This document shows, piece after piece, positions 59,502-64,000 of a stretch of 64,000 nt of DNA. Made by a program: the position numbers and the translations under genes. The notes under the pieces are model-generated. The model did not search any database and was not told where the DNA came from. It worked only from the letters and a program-made list of their open reading frames with translations. Position 1 is the stretch's first letter, and every line of letters starts with the position of its first letter. The stretch is from Candidatus Latescibacterota bacterium (lineage in GTDB: Bacteria; Latescibacterota; UBA2968; UBA8231): contig OZ241889.1 of NCBI GenBank assembly GCA_965203355.1, positions 608,001 through 672,000 on the forward strand, given 5' to 3'.

Positions 59502-59944
59502 AGAAGCGTTCGCAGCTCGTCGTATCGCGGCACTTGGTTGAGAAAGCCGCGATCAGCGACATAGCAATAGTGGACCAAGCCATTGGTGACCAAAAGACAG
59601 CGTGCCTGAACCACGCGGTTGTACGCGGCAACTTGGTCAAAGGTCTCCTGACTGATGGAGACCTCCGGCTCCTTGCACTCAGCCATTAGCACGGCCCGGC
59701 CCGTGCGGTCGTGGACGATCACATCGGCGCGAAATCGCTTGCCGTGGAGGTCAATGCTTTTCTCAATGGCGATCAACCCGCGCGGGTAGCCCAAGTTCGA
59801 GATTAGGTATTGCACCAAGTGTTGCCGCACCCACTCCTCGGGCGTCAATCGCACGTACTTGCGGCGCAACGGGTCGAGTATCGCGCGCTTGCCTTCGACT
59901 TGGCGGATGTCAAACGCGGCGGCCGGGAGGTTGAGGCGCTGCAT
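59498..59944 (-). CDS. Stand-alone type I restriction HsdR N-terminal domain protein
   Basis: MQRLNLP, RRKYVRLTPEEWVRQ, RADV, AECK, Q..YN, TNG. Confidence 0.9.
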   Translation of the reverse strand: MQRLNLPAAAFDIRQVEGKRAILDPLRRKYVRLTPEEWVRQHLVQYLISNLGYPRGLIAIEKSIDLHGKRFRADVIVHDRTGRAVLMAECKEPEVSISQETFDQVAAYNRVVQARCLLVTNGLVHYCYVADRGFLNQVPRYDELRTLL

Positions 59945-59946
59945 GG

Positions 59947-62319
59947 CTATTTGAGCAACAGCATCTTGTGGACCAATGCGACGGTGCCCTTCTGGAGCCG
60001 CGCTAGATAAACGCCCGTCGCCACAGGTTTTCCGCTGGCGTCCGTCCCATCCCATTCAACCTGATAAAAGCCCGGTCCTACATCGCCGTTGGCGAGCCTC
60101 TTCACCTTCCGGCCCTGTACGTCGAAAACGTCCAAGCGCACCCGACCCGGCGCGGCGACGCGGTAGCGGATGGTGGTGGAGCTGTTAAACGGATTGGGAT
60201 AGCTCGGGTCTAGGGCAAATTCTCGCGGCGTGGCGATGCGGTCGTCCTCTTCCCGCACGGCCGTAACACTCCCAGAGTACTGAGCCGCGACCAAGCGGAT
60301 TTCGTCGAGATAGAAGGTGCCGCGCAGGCTGCCGATCAAGCGCAGCGACTCAATGGGGCGGTCGAGGGCCAGTTCGTCCAAGGCGATCTCGACGGTCTGC
60401 CACTGGTCTAGGTCCAGATCGATTTGGTCAATGAGGCTCAGCGGGCGGGCGGTCTCGCCGTTGACAACGAGGCCAAAGGAAGGCCGGAAGCCGCCGGTGG
60501 CCGTGCCGGGATGCAGGGCCATGCGCAGTCCGACGTACCCGACTTGGGCGACCGGCGCACGGGGTAGGAATTCAATGGTAAAACCTCGGGCATCCACCCG
60601 CAGCGCACGCTGGCCAGCGAACACGGTGTCGGCATGGGTCGGGTCGAGTTGTGCGCTGTAGAGCACACCTTGCGCCCATGCAAGATCGTCGGCAAAGAGA
60701 ACTTGATCCGCTCTGGGCAGCACGACGATAGAATGCACCAGTTTGGTCGCCTCATCGCCTTGCGCGAGATGCACCACCAGTTTTTTGCGGCCATTGTGCT
60801 CACTAGCCGAGAGATCAGCCTCAAGGCGATAGGTCTGGTCGTCTATCACTTGCAGGGGCAGGGCCTCGGGACCATCCAACGCGCTCAGATCAGCCGTGAG
60901 CTGCGCTGGTTCTGCGCCCTCTACCTGCCGCTGAAGGCGAATCGTCGAACGCAAAGGCAGCACGGCCCCAGCTAGCAACGTGTCCGGGGGCGGGTTTTCC
61001 CACATACCTTGGAGGGGGCTGGCTTCAATGCGGAAAACCGCTTGCGTGAAGCGGTCGCTCGTCAGATAGAGAACGCCCCGTTCGTCGGTGGTCAGCCCGA
61101 CTGGCGTCCCCCAGAAGGAATCGCTGTTGGGGTTGGGACGGAAGCCGGTGAGAAAGTCGGCTACGCGAGCGTTGGACCCATCCGGCTCGGCAAAGAGCGC
61201 CATGACCTTGTAGCCGAGATCGTTGCCTAAGACCCCCGCGCGGAAGGCGACAAACGCGGCGTGTTTGTACTGGGGCGGGAACTGATCGTACTTATAGAAG
61301 TGCAGACCCATCGGAGCCAAGTGGGCGGGGACGAGGGCCGCTGGACGCTCCATGCTGGCAACCAACAGCGAGTCAGCATCGGTTAGCGGGAAGATCGCCC
61401 GTTGGTATGCTCCAATAGAAAAATCCGTCCAGACCTGATAGGCGTACGCCAACGGCCAGCCATAGAAGCCGCCATCGCGGAGGGGCGTGATCCATTCCGG
61501 CGGCAGGTCTCGGCCCTCGCGGTCGTGCCCGTTGCCAGCACCCCACAGCTCGCCAGTGCCCGGGTGCAAGTCGAGGCCGATGGCATTGCGCAGTCCAGAG
61601 GCGTAGATCCGCCGACCACTGCCGTCGGTGTTCATTTGGATGACAGTAGCCCGTGCTGGATCATCCTCGCGGCAGAGGTCGCAGCTCGAACCGACGTGAA
61701 AGTAGAGCTTGTCGTTGGCTTCGTCGAAAACCAGCGTATGCGTCACGTGCTCAGAGGAGCGGCCCATAAAGCCGGGCACCTCGGCGAAAACAGCGCGCTC
61801 CTCGTAGAAGCCATCCGCGTCCCGGTCTTCAAGGCGGTAAATCGCATCGTCATCGGCGACGAAGAGCGCTCCTTGATAAAAGGCAACGCTATGCGGCCAA
61901 TGAAAATCGTCAGCAGCCTCGTACACGGTGTCGGCGCGGCCATCGCCGTTTCTGTCGGGCAAGGCCAACACGGTGCTCTGGCGACCAGAGGCCGGACTCC
62001 ACTGATTGCTGCCCCGAGTCTTCATGTTGGCCACATGCAGTACACCGTGGTCGTCCCATGCCATGAAGCGGGCCTTATCCACTTGGTCGGAGAAGAGTTT
62101 GACCTTAAAGCCGGGCGGGAGGTTGAGCGTATGGTCGGAGAGACCTTCGACCGGCACAGGTTCGAGGTGGAGGTCGATCTTGGGCGTTAAGCGGATCTGA
62201 CCGGGAGGATACTCGGCGTGGAGGGCCGAACTGGCGAGAAGCAGACAGAACAGGTAGGCGATCCTATAAACGATGCGTAAGGCATCCGGGCCTTCTACAC
62301 GGAGACGTACCCCATACAT
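59947..62319 (-). CDS. Glucose/sorbosone dehydrogenase-like beta-propeller with FlgD/T9SS-type C-terminal domain
   Basis: LPPGF, GSSCD.C.E, GLRNAIG, FYGWP, AHLAPMG, SYPNPFNSSTTI...GVYLARL...KMLLLK. Confidence 0.9.
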   Translation of the reverse strand: MYGVRLRVEGPDALRIVYRIAYLFCLLLASSALHAEYPPGQIRLTPKIDLHLEPVPVEGLSDHTLNLPPGFKVKLFSDQVDKARFMAWDDHGVLHVANMKTRGSNQWSPASGRQSTVLALPDRNGDGRADTVYEAADDFHWPHSVAFYQGALFVADDDAIYRLEDRDADGFYEERAVFAEVPGFMGRSSEHVTHTLVFDEANDKLYFHVGSSCDLCREDDPARATVIQMNTDGSGRRIYASGLRNAIGLDLHPGTGELWGAGNGHDREGRDLPPEWITPLRDGGFYGWPLAYAYQVWTDFSIGAYQRAIFPLTDADSLLVASMERPAALVPAHLAPMGLHFYKYDQFPPQYKHAAFVAFRAGVLGNDLGYKVMALFAEPDGSNARVADFLTGFRPNPNSDSFWGTPVGLTTDERGVLYLTSDRFTQAVFRIEASPLQGMWENPPPDTLLAGAVLPLRSTIRLQRQVEGAEPAQLTADLSALDGPEALPLQVIDDQTYRLEADLSASEHNGRKKLVVHLAQGDEATKLVHSIVVLPRADQVLFADDLAWAQGVLYSAQLDPTHADTVFAGQRALRVDARGFTIEFLPRAPVAQVGYVGLRMALHPGTATGGFRPSFGLVVNGETARPLSLIDQIDLDLDQWQTVEIALDELALDRPIESLRLIGSLRGTFYLDEIRLVAAQYSGSVTAVREEDDRIATPREFALDPSYPNPFNSSTTIRYRVAAPGRVRLDVFDVQGRKVKRLANGDVGPGFYQVEWDGTDASGKPVATGVYLARLQKGTVALVHKMLLLK

Positions 62320-62370
62320 GATGTACTCCTTTGAAAAAGGGCTTAAGGTTGGTATAGCTTCACGCCAAGC

Positions 62371-62589
62371 CTATGTCTCGAGAGGATGGAAAAGGCTGAC
62401 CGCGTCAATGACCGTGCCTTTAAGCGACTTTGCCAGCTTAAGTTCATGCCAATGAAAATCAGCACCCCGCAGGTTCGCTCCTGACAAGTCCGTATAGCGT
62501 AGTTTAGCACCCTTTAGGTTCGTGCCGCTCAAGTTGGCTTCACGTAGGTCAGCACAATTGCCGAAATTTTCCTTTCGGGAGTTTGCTGT
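62371..62589 (-). pseudogene. Pentapeptide-repeat fragment without a start codon
   Basis: ADLRE ANLSG TNLKG AKLRY TDLSG ANLRG ADFHW, ending at TAG 62373-62371. Confidence 0.7.
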
Positions 62590-63729
62590 CTAACGGCCTC
62601 GGTTGGCGTCTAAGAGAATTGCCGACGTGAGAAAGTGCTTCGGGGCCGGTGGCCCTGGGGCCGGGCGCGCACGGCTCTCGGCGATTATGCGCAGACGCAC
62701 AAAGCCTTGAGCATCGGGCGGTATCTCCAGCGTCCATTCGCAGCGCCCAGCGGCTCGGGACGCTAGGCACGCCAGCACGGCGGGCGCGACGTTGGGCTGC
62801 CAGTGGCCGATCAGTTCAACCTTTTCAAGCGCTTCGGTCGCCTCAAAGACAACGCGCAAAATTCCAGGGCCTCCCGTCCAAGTGTCGCCGATAAAATGGT
62901 TGTCAATCGAAAAATCGCCGAGGTCGAGCCAGTGCCCTTGAGAGGCACATGTGCGCCCTCGGCGCAGGCCAGCGAAGATCGCCTCTGGAGTGGGTGGACG
63001 CCCGGCCTCCACACCGACCCGAAAGTGATTGAAAACGCCCAGCGGATAATCGGGCTGGCACCATTGCTTGTGGACGTGGAAGTCAGAGTTCAACAGCAGA
63101 GAAAAGGGCCGCCGACAAGCGTACACTTGATCGACCAAGCCGCCGATAGCTCCTCCCGGATAAGCACACGGGTCCATTGCCGCGACTTTGGCGTGTGCTT
63201 GGTGTCCGTGCAAGGCTTCAATGCCGACGACAAGGGCCGCCGGGCTGCTCAACCCACCATCAGCGGCGAGATAGCGGTTGATGCTCTCCTTAGACCACTG
63301 GCCGGCAGCAGGGTGGTTGAAGAAGAGGACGGGGCGTTCCACCGCTGGCAGTGCGCTCAGATGCTCTAACGCCGCTTCTAGGCTGCCAAGAGCCGCAGCC
63401 CCCAGCCGGTCGTAGGCAGCGGCAAAGGCATAGGCGTTCTCGGCCTCGCGCTCGCCAATCGGAAAGACGAGTCCTGCGTGGCCTCCCATCGGCGCGTTCC
63501 ACTCTAGCCCGAAGAAGATGGGAACCCCCGGCAAAAGGCGGCGCGCTTGCTCGATCATGCGGTGTTGCTTAAAAAAAACGGGCTTTTGCGCGTGGTTGGT
63601 CAGCGCGACAAAGTCGAGTGTGTCGCCAGCCCCCGCCAAATGCTCGGCGACCAAGGCGTGATCTTCACAGTGGTTGTGCATATCGCCGCGGAGCCACCGC
63701 AACGGCCCGCGCGTTATTTTGTCGGCCAT
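62590..63729 (-). CDS. PHP-domain metallohydrolase-like protein
   Basis: WLRGDMHNH, DFVALTNH, GLEWN..GGH, NHP, NSDFH. Confidence 0.8.
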   Translation of the reverse strand: MADKITRGPLRWLRGDMHNHCEDHALVAEHLAGAGDTLDFVALTNHAQKPVFFKQHRMIEQARRLLPGVPIFFGLEWNAPMGGHAGLVFPIGEREAENAYAFAAAYDRLGAAALGSLEAALEHLSALPAVERPVLFFNHPAAGQWSKESINRYLAADGGLSSPAALVVGIEALHGHQAHAKVAAMDPCAYPGGAIGGLVDQVYACRRPFSLLLNSDFHVHKQWCQPDYPLGVFNHFRVGVEAGRPPTPEAIFAGLRRGRTCASQGHWLDLGDFSIDNHFIGDTWTGGPGILRVVFEATEALEKVELIGHWQPNVAPAVLACLASRAAGRCEWTLEIPPDAQGFVRLRIIAESRARPAPGPPAPKHFLTSAILLDANRGR

Positions 63730-63854
63730 GGACAAAACGGACAATGTCGCCTGTCGGCTTGAGCTTGAGGTGCGAGCCTTATAAATTAAGCGAAAACCTA
63801 GACCGCGTAAAAGAGTCGCTGGCAGCCTTGGCGACTGGCTCAAGGAGGAAAACA

Positions 63855-64000
63855 GTGTACAAATGGTCGCTTCTCATGGCGCTCGCGCTTTCTACCGCAC
63901 CGGTAGCCGCCCAGATCTCGCTGTGGAAAATGGGCGGCCAAGGCTTGGCTTGGAGCCAGAGTGACAGCAGCGAAGTCTTTATCGACTTCCAGACCTTTCC
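63855..64000 (+). CDS. Secreted protein, 5' part only
   Basis: AAGGAGG RBS, GTG start, MYKWSLLMALALSTAPVAA-QISLWKMGG signal peptide. Open to the window end. Confidence 0.7.
   Translation, partial: MYKWSLLMALALSTAPVAAQISLWKMGGQGLAWSQSDSSEVFIDFQTF

Noticed and set aside
59498-59944. Type I restriction system
   Set aside because: Only the HsdR N-terminal domain is present. There is no helicase, hsdM or hsdS, and such stand-alone proteins are common.
1-64000. tRNA, rRNA, riboswitch or prophage
   Set aside because: No cloverleaf, rRNA-like tract, recognisable riboswitch or phage structural gene was seen by eye. A covariance-model search would be needed to exclude small RNAs.

Overview
A GC-rich bacterial window with about 55 mostly intact genes. 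There is no rRNA, tRNA or CRISPR array. The gene content includes sulfatases, PhyH, Gfo/Idh/MocA pairs, FlgD/T9SS-type C-terminal tails ending KMLLLK, an ankyrin-fused enzyme and a stand-alone HsdR_N protein. It resembles FCB-group Latescibacterota-type marine or sponge-associated bacteria (inference only). Defence and mobile content: FitA/VapC and BrnTA toxin-antitoxin pairs, a Pnkp-Hen1 RNA repair operon, and an Rpn nuclease with a clear internal RBS+ATG. A lower-GC IS1595 (ISNwi-type end) element has a doubly frameshifted transposase translationally coupled to a small DPPH amino-methyltransferase and an Eco29kI-family GIY-YIG endonuclease, which is an atypical restriction-modification pairing. 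The second notable locus is a ~1900-aa surface protein with four unusual features: a C13 tract in an upstream leader ORF that stops 2 nt before its ATG, low-GC internal blocks, cohesin-like plus dockerin-like modules, and a downstream array of two silent variant C-terminal tails, each with its own terminator hairpin. Several intergenic spacers are short relics of deleted genes. All product calls rest on motif recognition by eye; no database searches were run.
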